The translations under genes and the position numbers were made by a program. A DNA stretch of 63,710 nucleotides from a bacterium. Its GTDB lineage: Bacteria > Patescibacteriota > Minisyncoccia > Phycocordibacterales > UBA2100. Shown piece by piece: positions 10,101 to 19,370 of this stretch; the stretch's first letter is position 1; every line of letters begins with the position of its first letter. The stretch is from NCBI GenBank assembly GCA_009924895.1, contig RFQR01000007.1, forward strand, positions 1 to 63,710, read 5' to 3'. The notes under the pieces are model-generated. The model was not told the DNA's origin. It saw nothing but the letters and a program-made list of their open reading frames with translations, and ran no database searches.

Positions 10101-10316
10101 ATTGTTGAATCAGCCGCTATTCGTTTGCGCCCCATTGTGCTCACTACCGTGACGACCGTGGTCGGTATGATTCCGCTTGCGGGAGTCTCCGCGCTCTGGG
10201 GACCGCTTGCAATTGCCATTATGTTCGGACTTGCCTTTGCGATGATCCTTACGCTTGTCTTAATTCCTGTTCTGTTCTATCGCTATCCGGGAGCGCGCTA
10301 CCGCGATCTTAAATAG
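7200..10316 (+). CDS. RND efflux permease (AcrB/AcrD/AcrF family)
   Basis: 1038 aa, IGILVDAGIVVAE and RLRPIVLTT motifs. Confidence 0.95.
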   Translation: MRPLWIFFLERKSFTYLLMISLVAAGLLSTYLIPKESAPEVIVPVGVVSTTLRGSSAEDVEKLVTNKLEQEIANVENIDKITSSSMDGMSVISAQFFASANVDKSIQDLKDAIDKVQSELPEEADKPVVSKVNFADQPSLIVSISKDLTPRELTQLSDDLKRELKKVKGVSKVEVSGIRKREVQVVVQKEKLLQYGISLNQVVGALQSANTSLPIGKITVGPVDYPIKFSGSIEEGSEVSDVSFATDSGTVVYVRDIARVSDGLENPTTYSRVSVAGEPSQNSFTLFVFKKSGGDVTEISNRVKTRIDELKSSLLRDAQVAVSIDNGKQVRKDLSELVQAGIETVILVMLVLFLTIGWRESLVAGLSIPLSFVIAFIGLYYSGNTINFVSLFSLILAIGILVDAGIVVAEAIHTRLNKLGNVHDAAVQSINEYAWPLIAGTMTTVAVFFPLFFLSGITGKFIQSIPFTIIFVLVASIVVALGMVPVLATILTRKEAKYNRFTELQEEYFHKVQTWYKSFLSVMLESRALQRNLFIGLALSFIGSIMLLVGGFIKVELFPQDNQNFVVVSIEKPEGTPLAYTDLVTRQVEEVLYAQPYVESFVTTVGESSGLLDNSAGGKNTKYANITVILKEDRGSLTSTDVVGKLRGELSGIKGGVIKVGQGNNGPPSGKPVLIQFKGDDLEQLALIADKAEKILQEIKGAAEVETSLRDDGTQFELVIDRAKAAQAGISTAAVAQTLRTAVSGAVATRIKKQDDDIDILVRVGLNPSSSRLEEVTKTTLDSISNLQIPSSRGPVLLGTLLDTKVSESRSVIKHDKQKRVVSVSSELKDGATATEVVNVFSKREKELDAPSSVQIVYGGETEEIDNTFRDMLLALIAGMVLMLAILVLEFNSFRYSFYLLGTIPLSLIGVLVGLFVMGKAFSFSAMLGLVALAGVIINHAIILLDSMIHRLDAEKEKGNKNVLFSVIVESAAIRLRPIVLTTVTTVVGMIPLAGVSALWGPLAIAIMFGLAFAMILTLVLIPVLFYRYPGARYRDLK

Positions 10317-11188
10317 CTCATGACCGCAGTTATGGTGGGCAGACCCCAGTGTATTTTTTTATTGCGTTTCCAGTACGTCATCTGGCGTTTTGAGTAGTCG
10401 TGGATTTCGCGGAAAAGTTCTTGCTCAAATTGCGAGCGGGTAATTTTTTTCTGTAGCATACGGGCAACGTAGCGGTATTCGAGTCCCAGCTCTTCCATAC
10501 GCTTCCAAGACACGCCTTTTTTATGAAGTACCCCTACTTCCCGCACGATTCCAGGGATACGAACCTTGAGACGTTGTGCAATTTTTGTATCAAGCTGTGC
10601 TTGAGGAATACTGATGCCAAACCATTGGGCTGATATCTCAGGCATTAGTGGTGTCTGGGTGCGAGATTTTGAGCCCGCTATTTCCAAAGCGCGAATAAGC
10701 CGCACTTTGTTGTTACGTTCGCTCGGCGTGTTCATGTTCTGTGCGCGCTCAGGATCTCTTTTTTGTAGTAGCGAAAAGAGCTGTTCGGTGCTTTTGTGCG
10801 ACAACTGCTCTCGCAGTGCCGTGTCTCGTTCTACTTTTGGTAGAGAAACTCTCCCAAGCAGTGCATCAATATAAAACCCCGTTCCGCCCGCAATAATCGA
10901 CACCTTTCCTCGTTTTTGAATATCAGCCATTGCCTTTCTTCCGTGTTGCACGAAATCGTACGCGGTAAACACTTTTTTTGGAGAGGCAACATCAAGAAGA
11001 TGGTGAGGTACGCCACTCATCTCTTTTTTTGTGATTTTTCCTGTACCTACATTGAGCCCTTTATATACCTGTCTTGAGTCAGCGGAAATAACCTCGCCGT
11101 CAATTTTTTTGGCGAGCTGCACGGCAAGCGTTGATTTTCCTGAGGCGGTCGGTCCAATAATGACTATAGGTCTTTGCATGAGCGGCAT
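10298..11188 (-). CDS. miaA: tRNA dimethylallyltransferase
   Basis: GPTASGKS, ISADSRQVY, PHHLLD, GGTGFY; start at 11188 or 11179. Confidence 0.95.
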   Translation of the reverse strand: MPLMQRPIVIIGPTASGKSTLAVQLAKKIDGEVISADSRQVYKGLNVGTGKITKKEMSGVPHHLLDVASPKKVFTAYDFVQHGRKAMADIQKRGKVSIIAGGTGFYIDALLGRVSLPKVERDTALREQLSHKSTEQLFSLLQKRDPERAQNMNTPSERNNKVRLIRALEIAGSKSRTQTPLMPEISAQWFGISIPQAQLDTKIAQRLKVRIPGIVREVGVLHKKGVSWKRMEELGLEYRYVARMLQKKITRSQFEQELFREIHDYSKRQMTYWKRNKKIHWGLPTITAVMSYLRSR

Positions 11189-11296
11189 ACTAGCACTGCT
11201 GTGAGTGCACAAATCTTGACTTAACGCAGTAATCATGCTTTATTGCGTATAGCCTAGCATCATAATGGTGCAGTGCTAACAAAGAGGAACTACCAC

Positions 11297-11746
11297 ATGA
11301 TTCGTTCTCTCTCAGCTGCAGTATCGCTACTGGTCCTGTCGTCGTCGGCGCATGCTCTCGATTGCGCTCCAGGTCAATCGATCGAGCGGAAGGTGGCCTT
11401 TGCCATCAGCGAAAGCGGCAAGCCTGTGATGCCCGACGAATACAGCTTCATGACTGGCAATCTTCGGGTGGTCTCGGAGGTTTGCATCTCTGGCGAAAAA
11501 AACGTCGTCTACTTCGAGTCAGCGCCTGAGTTCAGAGCTGGTTCCGTTCGCGACCTGAAGCAGATTGTCGTTCGCTTGCTCGAGATTCAGAAGCTCGGCG
11601 GCACTGCTGACACCATCGGCAAGTTGATGGCGCATGTCGCCGTGGAAGCAGCAAGAGCAGAGCAGCCTAAGCCGAAGGTTGCTGATACGGGCACGCCCGA
11701 GGATTTCCAGACAAGCATTTTCGGTGGTGGCCCGAAGAAGAAATAG
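11297..11746 (+). CDS. Secreted orphan protein
   Basis: Signal peptide ending AHA; SD-like GAGGA; downstream hairpin. Confidence 0.65.
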   Translation: MIRSLSAAVSLLVLSSSAHALDCAPGQSIERKVAFAISESGKPVMPDEYSFMTGNLRVVSEVCISGEKNVVYFESAPEFRAGSVRDLKQIVVRLLEIQKLGGTADTIGKLMAHVAVEAARAEQPKPKVADTGTPEDFQTSIFGGGPKKK

Positions 11747-11820
11747 TGGTGATCCAATTCACTACAAAGCGCGCGACCCTTGTGGCCGCGCGTACTCATT
11801 TGTAATACAATATGACACTT

Positions 11821-11901
11821 GCCGGAGTGGCGTAATGGTAGCCGCGCGCGACTCAAAATCGCGTCTCGCAAGAGGTGAGAGTTCGAGTCTCTCCTCCGGC
11901 A
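11821..11901 (+). tRNA. tRNA-Leu (CAA)
   Basis: Acceptor GCCGGAG/CTCCGGC, anticodon loop CTCAAAA, long variable arm. Confidence 0.95.
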
Positions 11902-11947
11902 CAGGTAGGTGCATAACCACTGAAACTGAATGTGGTAGAATGCACCC

Positions 11948-12904
11948 ATGGCACACACAGGCTATATGGGAGATTCAATATTTTGGGTGGAGGTCGAGCG
12001 TATAAAGCCAAACCCGTTTCAGCCGCGTAAGACGTTTGATGAGGTGGCGCTTGCCTCTCTTGCAGAGTCGATTCGCCAATATGGCGTTTTGCAGCCGCTT
12101 ACGGTAACGCGCAAAGAAATCGAGCGACCAGGAGAGGGGATTTTTGTTGAGTATGAACTGGTGGCGGGTGAGCGCAGGCTGCGCGCATCAAAGCTCGCCG
12201 GTATCGCACAAGTACCGGTTGTGATTCGCAGCGCTGAGGATACGGATCGCATGAAACTCGAGCTTGCGATTATCGAAAACTTGCAGCGTGAAGATTTGAA
12301 CGCAGTTGATCGCGCGCTTGCATTTAAGCGCTTGGCAGATGACTTTGGTCTCAAGCATGCTGAAATAGGACAGCGTGTTGGAAAGAGTCGCGAATATGTT
12401 TCAAATACGCTGCGCATTTTACTTTTGCCGCAAGAAATGCTTGACGCGTTGTCGCGGGGGGACATCAGCGATGGTCACACGAGGCCGCTTCTTATGCTGC
12501 AAGACAGGAAAGAAGAGCAGGCGACGCTCTTTCATGACATAGTTGCACGCCGCCTCTCGGTGCGCGACACTGAACAGCTGGCTCGGCGTGTTGCGGTGGA
12601 TAAAGTACGCAATCACGAATCACTTTCGCCCGATGTGATAGCACTCGAGAAGCAGTTGAGTGAAGCACTCGGCACAAAGGTCCGCATCGAAAAGAAAGAA
12701 AAAGGAGGAAAAGTCACCATTGATTTCTTCTCACCGGAAGATTTGGCAAATCTCTGTATGTCGCTTGCAATGAAGCCGGAATCATCGGCTGCGAGTATTC
12801 CTTCTGAGCCCGCGCCGACGAGTAGCGAGCCGCTTCCTGCTGCGCCGGTACAGAAAAAAGAAGACGATCAAAACTTATACTCAGTATCGGGATTCACGGT
12901 CTAG
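11948..12904 (+). CDS. parB: ParB/Spo0J partition protein
   Basis: NPFQPRK, GVLQP, LVAGERRLRA, IENLQREDLN. Confidence 0.95.
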   Translation: MAHTGYMGDSIFWVEVERIKPNPFQPRKTFDEVALASLAESIRQYGVLQPLTVTRKEIERPGEGIFVEYELVAGERRLRASKLAGIAQVPVVIRSAEDTDRMKLELAIIENLQREDLNAVDRALAFKRLADDFGLKHAEIGQRVGKSREYVSNTLRILLLPQEMLDALSRGDISDGHTRPLLMLQDRKEEQATLFHDIVARRLSVRDTEQLARRVAVDKVRNHESLSPDVIALEKQLSEALGTKVRIEKKEKGGKVTIDFFSPEDLANLCMSLAMKPESSAASIPSEPAPTSSEPLPAAPVQKKEDDQNLYSVSGFTV

Positions 12905-14421
12905 GCTTTCTTTTGCGCGCTGGTGAGTGCTGATTTAATCTGTTTTTTTGCGAGCGACGTCTTTGCGATGGACAGCCACTTCTGGGAGGGTTTTCCTTTT
13001 GGTTTTGTGATTATTTCAACTAAATCGCCGTTGTGAAGTGGGGTATCGAGGGAGACCATTTTTCCATTCACTCGTGCACCCGACATTACATCGCCAATGT
13101 CAGAGTGAATCGCATAAGCGAAATCAATCGGGGTCGCGTGAATAGGCATGTCGATGACATCTCCTTTCGGGGTAAAGATAAAAATACGATGAGAAAAAAA
13201 GTCTGATTTAAGCGTGTCGAGGTACTCTTCTGACTGGGCAGTTCCAACGCCATCGGCGAGTTCTTGTACCCATTTCAGCGTGGGGGTGTCCCCGGCAAGC
13301 GCTGGCGTACTGCTCGCCCGCGTAAGTTTGGGAAGAAATTGTGTTACCCAACCAAGGCCACTACGCTCCTGATTTTCTTGGACTTCTTTGTAGGTGAGAT
13401 GCGATGCGATGCCGTACTGCGCTTCGCGGTGCTGGGCTTCGGTGCGTAGTTGTATCTCAAGAGCCCCACCGTCGCCGGTATACACCGTAGTATGAATAGA
13501 TTGATAGCCGTTTGGCTTCGGGAAGGCAATATAATCTTTAATTTTTCCTGGCACCGGTCGCCAGTGTCCGTGGATAACGCCGAGCGCACTATAACAGTCT
13601 GCCACCGTAGGGAATATAATGCGAAGAGCCCGTATATCGTAAATACTAGTAATATCCCACTTTTTCCGTTCAAGTTTTCGGAACAGTGAATAGATACCTT
13701 TGACGCGCGCCTCCGTACGAAAAGTTCGGATTCCAGCGTCGGCAAGTTCACGCTTCAAATCATGCTCTGTTTTTTCGAGTCGTTTTTCATTTTCGCGCGT
13801 CTTTTCTTTTAGAAGCTCCCGGGTTTTTTCATATTCTTTTTGGAATGCATAGGGAAATGCTGCGTCCTCGAGTTCATTTTTTAAGACACTCATACCAAGT
13901 CGATCAGCAATTGGTGCATATATTTCAAGTGTCTCAAGAGCGATACGTTTTCGTTTGTCAGGGCGGGGAACGTGATTGAGGGTGCGCACATTGTGGAGAC
14001 GGTCCATCAATTTGACGATAAGTACTCGGATATCTTGCGCGGTTGCAGCAAAGAGCTTGCGGAGTGATTCCGTGTGACGTTCGACTCCCTGATACCGCAA
14101 AGCACCGAGTTTAGTAACTCCCTGTACAATCGTGAGTACGTCAGATCCAAATTTTTCTTCAATTGTTTTTGCGGGCAATCCTGCGTCTTCGACCGTGTCG
14201 TGAAGGAGTCCGGCGGCAACGGTTATTGCATCAAGCCCATATGAGGCGAGAAGGTATCCGACTTCGGCGGGGTGAATGAAATACGGATCCCCTGAAAAGC
14301 GCTTTTGCTCTTTATGTGCCTCTTTTGATAATTCGTATGCGGCGCTCACGAGTGCGATATCGGGCTCAGTTTTACTGCTGAGCGCACCTATGATGTCTTT
14401 GAGGGGGCGTGCTTGAGCCAT
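12901..14421 (-). CDS. relA: RelA/SpoT homolog (HD + synthetase + TGS, no ACT domain)
   Basis: HDTVED, DRLHN, KPNGYQSIHT, EIQLRT, TPIDFAYAIHS; start likely ATG 14421. Confidence 0.92.
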   Translation of the reverse strand: MAQARPLKDIIGALSSKTEPDIALVSAAYELSKEAHKEQKRFSGDPYFIHPAEVGYLLASYGLDAITVAAGLLHDTVEDAGLPAKTIEEKFGSDVLTIVQGVTKLGALRYQGVERHTESLRKLFAATAQDIRVLIVKLMDRLHNVRTLNHVPRPDKRKRIALETLEIYAPIADRLGMSVLKNELEDAAFPYAFQKEYEKTRELLKEKTRENEKRLEKTEHDLKRELADAGIRTFRTEARVKGIYSLFRKLERKKWDITSIYDIRALRIIFPTVADCYSALGVIHGHWRPVPGKIKDYIAFPKPNGYQSIHTTVYTGDGGALEIQLRTEAQHREAQYGIASHLTYKEVQENQERSGLGWVTQFLPKLTRASSTPALAGDTPTLKWVQELADGVGTAQSEEYLDTLKSDFFSHRIFIFTPKGDVIDMPIHATPIDFAYAIHSDIGDVMSGARVNGKMVSLDTPLHNGDLVEIITKPKGKPSQKWLSIAKTSLAKKQIKSALTSAQKKA

Positions 14422-14447
14422 ACGGGCATCATACCGCTCTCTTCTCA

Positions 14448-14520
14448 CTACTTCAATTTGTGGGGATTGTGGTTTGCACAGGTCTTATTACTACACCTTT
14501 CGGGTATCGTTTTGTGTCCC
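14448..14520 (-). pseudogene. Relic second copy of the topA 3' end (KTIPERCSNKTCANHNPHKLK*)
   Basis: 17 of 19 aa identical to the topA C-terminus encoded at 14582-14638. Confidence 0.85.
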
Positions 14521-14562
14521 AGCCCCAGCAAAAAGCGAGTACGCTTAGTGCTGGGTAGCTGG
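14519..14562. repeat. 44-nt imperfect hairpin between topA and its relic 3' end
   Basis: ccagc-cccagca-aa-aagcg-agta-cgctt-ag-tgctggg-ta-gctgg. Confidence 0.75.
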
Positions 14563-14563
14563 A

Positions 14564-16729
14564 CTACTTTTTTGAATCAATTTTGTGCGGATTGTGGTTC
14601 GGACATGTTTTACTTGAGCAACGCTCAGGGATGGTCTTAGTCCCATGCATCATAAGAGAGCCGCACATCTTACAGAGTGCGCCAGTAGGGCGTGCCTTGA
14701 TAGCATTTTTGCAGTCGGGATAATTTGAACACGAGAAGAAAGGTCCGAAACGACCGCGGCGCTCCACCATTTCGCCCGTTTTGCACACAGGACATATCAC
14801 ACCCGTTTTTGAACGTGCCTCTTCTTCAGCATTTTTCTTTACGAACTTACATTTTGGATATTTTGAGCAGGCAATGAATCTGCCAAACCTCCCTTCGCGC
14901 TCAATGAGGTTACTGCCGCAGACAGGACATTTTTCATCCAATTCTTTTGGAGGCTCGATGACAGAGCCATCCTCTTTGCGCGCACCTTTACACTCAGGAA
15001 ACTTTTTACACGACATAAAGCGGCCGCTACGCGACAATTTATACTCCATTTCGCCACCACAGGTGGGGCATGTGAACTCGGGGGGTACATCGCCCATACC
15101 GGTAATTTTGGGAATTTTGTCTTTTGCTTTTACCGCTTTATGGAACGCACCATAAAAGTCGCGCAGTGTTTTTGCATATTCGCGCGTGCCCTCGGCGATT
15201 TCATCGAGCTCGTTTTCCATTTCGGCAGTAAAGGTGTCAGAGATATAGTCATTAAAGTGACTTTCGATAAAGGTGGAAACGACATCGCCAGTGTGAGTCG
15301 GTAAGAGCGTGCGACCCTGTTTTTCGACGTAGCCTCGCTCCTCAAGTGTCGAAATAATTGATGCGTAGGTAGAAGGGCGTCCGATACCTCGTTTTTCAAG
15401 TTCTTTAATAAGTCCTGCCTCGCTGTATCTCCCCGGCGGCTGCGTTTCTTTCCCTTCTGATTGGATATCGTGAAGCGTGAGTCTTTCGCCCTGTGTAACT
15501 GCGGGAAGTTGCACATCTTCGCCTCGAGCATCGGGATCGGCCTTGAGCCATCCGTCAAAGACGACACGCGAACCATTTGCGGTAAAATCAGGGATACCTT
15601 TATCTGAGTGCGCGATAATTTTAGTACGCATGACGCGGGCATCAGTCATTTGAGAAGCAAGTGAGCGCGCGAGAATAAGCGCATAGACCTGTTTCTGGTC
15701 GTCATTCGCTCCTGCCGAACGCTTTCCTGGATTTGTGGGGCGAATAGCCTCGTGTGCTTCTTGGGCGTTTTTTGACTTGGTTTTAAAGACACGTGCTTCA
15801 GTATATTTTTCACCAAACTCTTTCTGTACGGTTGCGAGAAGCGCTGTCTGAGCGTCTTTTCCGAGGTTGGTCGAGTCGGTACGCATATAGGTAATACAGC
15901 CTGCCTCGTACAGTTTTTGTGCCGCTCGCATCGTACGAGAGGGAGAGAACCCAAGTCGTGTTGAAGCTGCCTGTTGTAGTGTGGATGTGGTAAAGGGTGC
16001 CCGCGGTGAGCGAGCCTGCTCACTTTCGTCGACTGAGAGAACGGTCCAATTACTGTCTTGTGCGGTCGTGACTATGCGGTTCGCCTCTTCTTCGGTCTTT
16101 GGTTCTTCCACGCAAGTAGTTGGGAAGTGTTGTTTGTTAGTACCAGAAAACTGTGCGGTGATGACCCAGAACTTCTCCGGAACAAATGCGCGGATTTCGC
16201 GCTCCTTTTCCATGATGATGCGTAGTGCCGGCGATTGTACACGGCCAGCAGAAAGTCCGTAGCGCACTTTTTTCCAAATAAGTCCTGAAAGATCGTACCC
16301 GAAAAGACGGTCAAGGACACGTCGCGCTTCTTGCGCTTGGCGCAGACTCTGGTCGATTGCACGGGGTTTTGCAATCGCTTCTTTCACTGCAGTTTCAGTA
16401 ATTTCGTTAAAGGTCGCACGCTTTGGCTTTTTTAGTTTGAGTGTTTCAGCAAGATGCCATGCAATCGCTTCGCCTTCACGATCAGGGTCGGTTGCAAGAA
16501 TAATTTCATCCGCTTTATCAGCCTCACTATGGAGATCGTCAATGATGTGCTGCTTGCCTGCGACTATTTGGTAGCGTGGACGAAAATCATCTTCAATATC
16601 AACGGCATCTTTGTTACTTTTGGGTAAATCACGAATGTGCCCGACTGATGCGCGGACAGTGTAGCCTTTACCAAGATACTTCTCGATGGTTTTGGCTTTT
16701 GATGGCGATTCAACGATGACGAGTTTCAT
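14564..16729 (-). CDS. topA: DNA topoisomerase I (type IA) with C-terminal zinc ribbons
   Basis: MKLVIVESPSKAKTI, ATDPDREGE, ITYMRTD; start reassigned to 16729. Confidence 0.97.
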   Translation of the reverse strand: MKLVIVESPSKAKTIEKYLGKGYTVRASVGHIRDLPKSNKDAVDIEDDFRPRYQIVAGKQHIIDDLHSEADKADEIILATDPDREGEAIAWHLAETLKLKKPKRATFNEITETAVKEAIAKPRAIDQSLRQAQEARRVLDRLFGYDLSGLIWKKVRYGLSAGRVQSPALRIIMEKEREIRAFVPEKFWVITAQFSGTNKQHFPTTCVEEPKTEEEANRIVTTAQDSNWTVLSVDESEQARSPRAPFTTSTLQQAASTRLGFSPSRTMRAAQKLYEAGCITYMRTDSTNLGKDAQTALLATVQKEFGEKYTEARVFKTKSKNAQEAHEAIRPTNPGKRSAGANDDQKQVYALILARSLASQMTDARVMRTKIIAHSDKGIPDFTANGSRVVFDGWLKADPDARGEDVQLPAVTQGERLTLHDIQSEGKETQPPGRYSEAGLIKELEKRGIGRPSTYASIISTLEERGYVEKQGRTLLPTHTGDVVSTFIESHFNDYISDTFTAEMENELDEIAEGTREYAKTLRDFYGAFHKAVKAKDKIPKITGMGDVPPEFTCPTCGGEMEYKLSRSGRFMSCKKFPECKGARKEDGSVIEPPKELDEKCPVCGSNLIEREGRFGRFIACSKYPKCKFVKKNAEEEARSKTGVICPVCKTGEMVERRGRFGPFFSCSNYPDCKNAIKARPTGALCKMCGSLMMHGTKTIPERCSSKTCPNHNPHKIDSKK

Positions 16730-16778
16730 ACAACTATATGTGATTAGAATGTCATACTTTTGTGAGATTGCAAAAATG

Positions 16779-16820
16779 TCAGCGCAGACACGGGGTCTGC
16801 GCTGAGCCGAACATGTCGGC
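16779..16820 (-). terminator. Tandem hairpins ending the small 16824-17069 gene
   Basis: tcagcgcagac-N5-gtctgcgctga with a minus-strand T-run, plus gccga-acatg-tcggc. Confidence 0.55.
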
Positions 16821-16823
16821 AAA

Positions 16824-17069
16824 TCAATTCGAACTATCGAAATTCAGTCGAACATTGTTCGTGTGTTGGATGCAAAGTCCACTACCCGGCTGCTGTTCCT
16901 CAAAAGCACATCTCCCACCGTTTGAGAGTTCTGCAGTACACTGGCGCCGTTCGCTTGCAGCGAGTACTCTTTGCGTTGCCGCAGGCCGTTCAGGTTCGTG
17001 ATGGAACGATTCCGCTCCAGAGATAGAACCAGAGCACATGCGACGGAGGCGATACAGATTCAGGGCCAT
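16824..17069 (-). CDS. Small orphan with putative C-x8-C-x10-C-x2-H zinc finger
   Basis: QCTAELSNGGRCAFEEQQPGSGLCIQH; AGGA SD; terminator follows. Confidence 0.5.
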   Translation of the reverse strand: MALNLYRLRRMCSGSISGAESFHHEPERPAATQRVLAASERRQCTAELSNGGRCAFEEQQPGSGLCIQHTNNVRLNFDSSN

Positions 17070-17187
17070 GTCTCATTCCTAGAGTTGTGTTTCGTGGAAG
17101 CACATGCTCCACGCGACAATCCTACACCCATTTTGCAAAAATACAATAACATGGTGTGATTACTAATAACCGAAAATACCTCGCTCC

Positions 17188-18048
17188 TTATGTGCGTCGT
17201 ATGAGGCCAACTTCTTCGACAATAAGCCCTTTTATTTCCATCAACGAAAGCAGTACCTGAACGTCGGTAGTTGCCATCTCGAGCGATTCAAGTAACTCGT
17301 CACGAGAGAGCGGGAATGAGAGTAGTTCCATAACCCGTCGTTCGTTTTCATCGAGATGTTCAAGTGATCGCCTTTCATCATTCTCTTTTTTCTCTATACC
17401 AAGTGCGTCTAAGATGTCAGCGGCATCAGTGATGGGTGTTGCTCCTAATTTTAAAAACTGATGCGTGCCGCGCGACGTATCACTAAAGATTGAACCTGGC
17501 ACTACTAAGAGTTCACGATTGTACTCAGTCGTAAGTCGCGCGGTAATAAGTGAGCCAGATTTTTCTTGTGCCTCAATAACGAGTGTGGCGTGACAGAGGC
17601 CCGCCATGATTCTGTTACGCTGCGGGAACGTATAATCTGCCGCTTTTATTTTTGGTTCAAATTCAGAAACAAGTGCACCTCCTTTTTCGATAATCTCTCG
17701 AGTAAGTGAGACGTTTGCGCGCGGGTAGAGTACTGACCAGTCGAGCCCTGACCCAGGTACACCAACGGTGATGAGTCCCATTTCAAGCGCGGTTTTGTGT
17801 GCAAGCGCGTCGACGCCATAGGCAAGACCCGAGACGATGACAATTGGATATCCGCGGAGTCCCTGAAAGAGGTGTTGGATTACTTGTCTGCCATACGGAG
17901 AAATCGCTCGTGATCCCACTACCGCAATCCATTTGCTATCGTACGACGGCAGTGTCCCGCGCACGAACAATTGCTTTGGTTTATCAGGAATTTCAGAAAG
18001 AAGAAGAGGAAAGTCAGATGGGGATAGACGCTTGAGTTCAGATTCCAT
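17188..18048 (-). CDS. dprA: DNA-processing protein DprA
   Basis: IAVVGSR, IVSGLAYGVD, FPQRNRIMAGL, SGSLITA; true start MESEL at 18048 (the longer ORF is antisense to serS). Confidence 0.95.
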   Translation of the reverse strand: MESELKRLSPSDFPLLLSEIPDKPKQLFVRGTLPSYDSKWIAVVGSRAISPYGRQVIQHLFQGLRGYPIVIVSGLAYGVDALAHKTALEMGLITVGVPGSGLDWSVLYPRANVSLTREIIEKGGALVSEFEPKIKAADYTFPQRNRIMAGLCHATLVIEAQEKSGSLITARLTTEYNRELLVVPGSIFSDTSRGTHQFLKLGATPITDAADILDALGIEKKENDERRSLEHLDENERRVMELLSFPLSRDELLESLEMATTDVQVLLSLMEIKGLIVEEVGLIRRT

Positions 18049-18066
18049 AGTGGTATTCTTCTCTCT

Positions 18067-19338
18067 ATGCTTGATATTAAGTTTATCAGAGAAAACAAAG
18101 ACCTTATTATTGCGGGTACAAAAAAAAAGCACCTTGTTGTTGACATTAATAGGCTTCTTAGTATTGATGACAAACGCCGTGAGCTGCAAGGTTCTATCGA
18201 TGAGAAGCGTGCCGAGCAAAACAACGCTTCGAATATGATTGTCACAGCAAAGACTCCCGAAGAGAAACAGGGGATTCTTGCTCGTATGCAGACGCTGAAG
18301 GAAACTCTGAGGCTTGAAGAAGAGTCGCTCGCGGAAGTGATGAAAGAGTGGCGCGCACTCATGGTTTTGGTACCGAATATCCCCGATATGACGGTGCCGG
18401 AAGGTGAGAGCGATGCGCAGAATATGGAAGTGAAGACATGGGGAGTTATTCCAGAGTTCACATTCCCAATTAAAAACCACGTTGACCTCTTGCTCGATAA
18501 CGCCATGGTTGATTATGAGCGCGGCACCAAAGTTGCTGGCTTTCGCGGGTATTTCTTGAAAGGTGACGGAGCGCGATTGGTGTGGGCGCTCGAGCGTTTT
18601 GTTCAGGACCGATTTACGAATCGCGAAGGCTTTGAGCCCGTGATTGTTCCATCTATGGTTCGCAAGGAACCGTTTATGGGTACTGGCTATTTACCGCAGA
18701 GTGAAGAAGATTTGTACAAAACCCAAGATGGGGAATATTTAGCAGGCACCGCAGAAGTTGCAGCGATGGGGTATTACATGAATGAGACGGTAGAGAAATC
18801 GCAGCTCCCGCTTAAGTTCTTTGCGTTCTCTCCCTGCTTCCGTCGCGAAGCAGGAAGTCATGGTAAAGACACTCGCGGCATTTTTCGTATTCACGAATTT
18901 GTGAAATATGAACAAGTAGTCCTCTGTGAAGCGTCGCATCAGGAATCGGTAAAGCATCACGAAGAGCTTACTGCCAATTCAGAAGCACTCTTGCAAGAGC
19001 TTGAGTTGCCGTATCACGTCGTCGTGAATTGTGGTGGAGACCTCGGTCTTGGACAGGTCAAAAAGTACGACATTGAAGCGTGGATGCCGTCAGAGAAGCG
19101 CTATCGCGAAACCCACTCGTCGTCCTACTTCCACGATTTTCAGGCGCGACGCCTTAACATCCGCTATCGCGATACCGATGGCGCGCTTAAATTCGTACAT
19201 TCACTCAACAATACCGCGCTTGCAATGCCGCGCATCCTCTGTCAGATAGTCGAAAACAATCAACAGGTAGATGGCTCGATCAAAGTACCAAAAGTACTGC
19301 AACAGTACCTCGGCAAAGAAGTTATCAAGAAGGGGTAA
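18067..19338 (+). CDS. serS: Seryl-tRNA synthetase
   Basis: MLDIKFIR, LAGTAEV, FRREAGS, HSLNNT. Confidence 0.98.
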   Translation: MLDIKFIRENKDLIIAGTKKKHLVVDINRLLSIDDKRRELQGSIDEKRAEQNNASNMIVTAKTPEEKQGILARMQTLKETLRLEEESLAEVMKEWRALMVLVPNIPDMTVPEGESDAQNMEVKTWGVIPEFTFPIKNHVDLLLDNAMVDYERGTKVAGFRGYFLKGDGARLVWALERFVQDRFTNREGFEPVIVPSMVRKEPFMGTGYLPQSEEDLYKTQDGEYLAGTAEVAAMGYYMNETVEKSQLPLKFFAFSPCFRREAGSHGKDTRGIFRIHEFVKYEQVVLCEASHQESVKHHEELTANSEALLQELELPYHVVVNCGGDLGLGQVKKYDIEAWMPSEKRYRETHSSSYFHDFQARRLNIRYRDTDGALKFVHSLNNTALAMPRILCQIVENNQQVDGSIKVPKVLQQYLGKEVIKKG

Positions 19339-19370
19339 GTTGCCTGCCCACGCAGCGGTTATACTGAAAA

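Noticed and set aside
18049-18480. N-terminal extension of dprA in the ORF track
   Set aside because: It is antisense to serS codons; DprA similarity starts at 18048.
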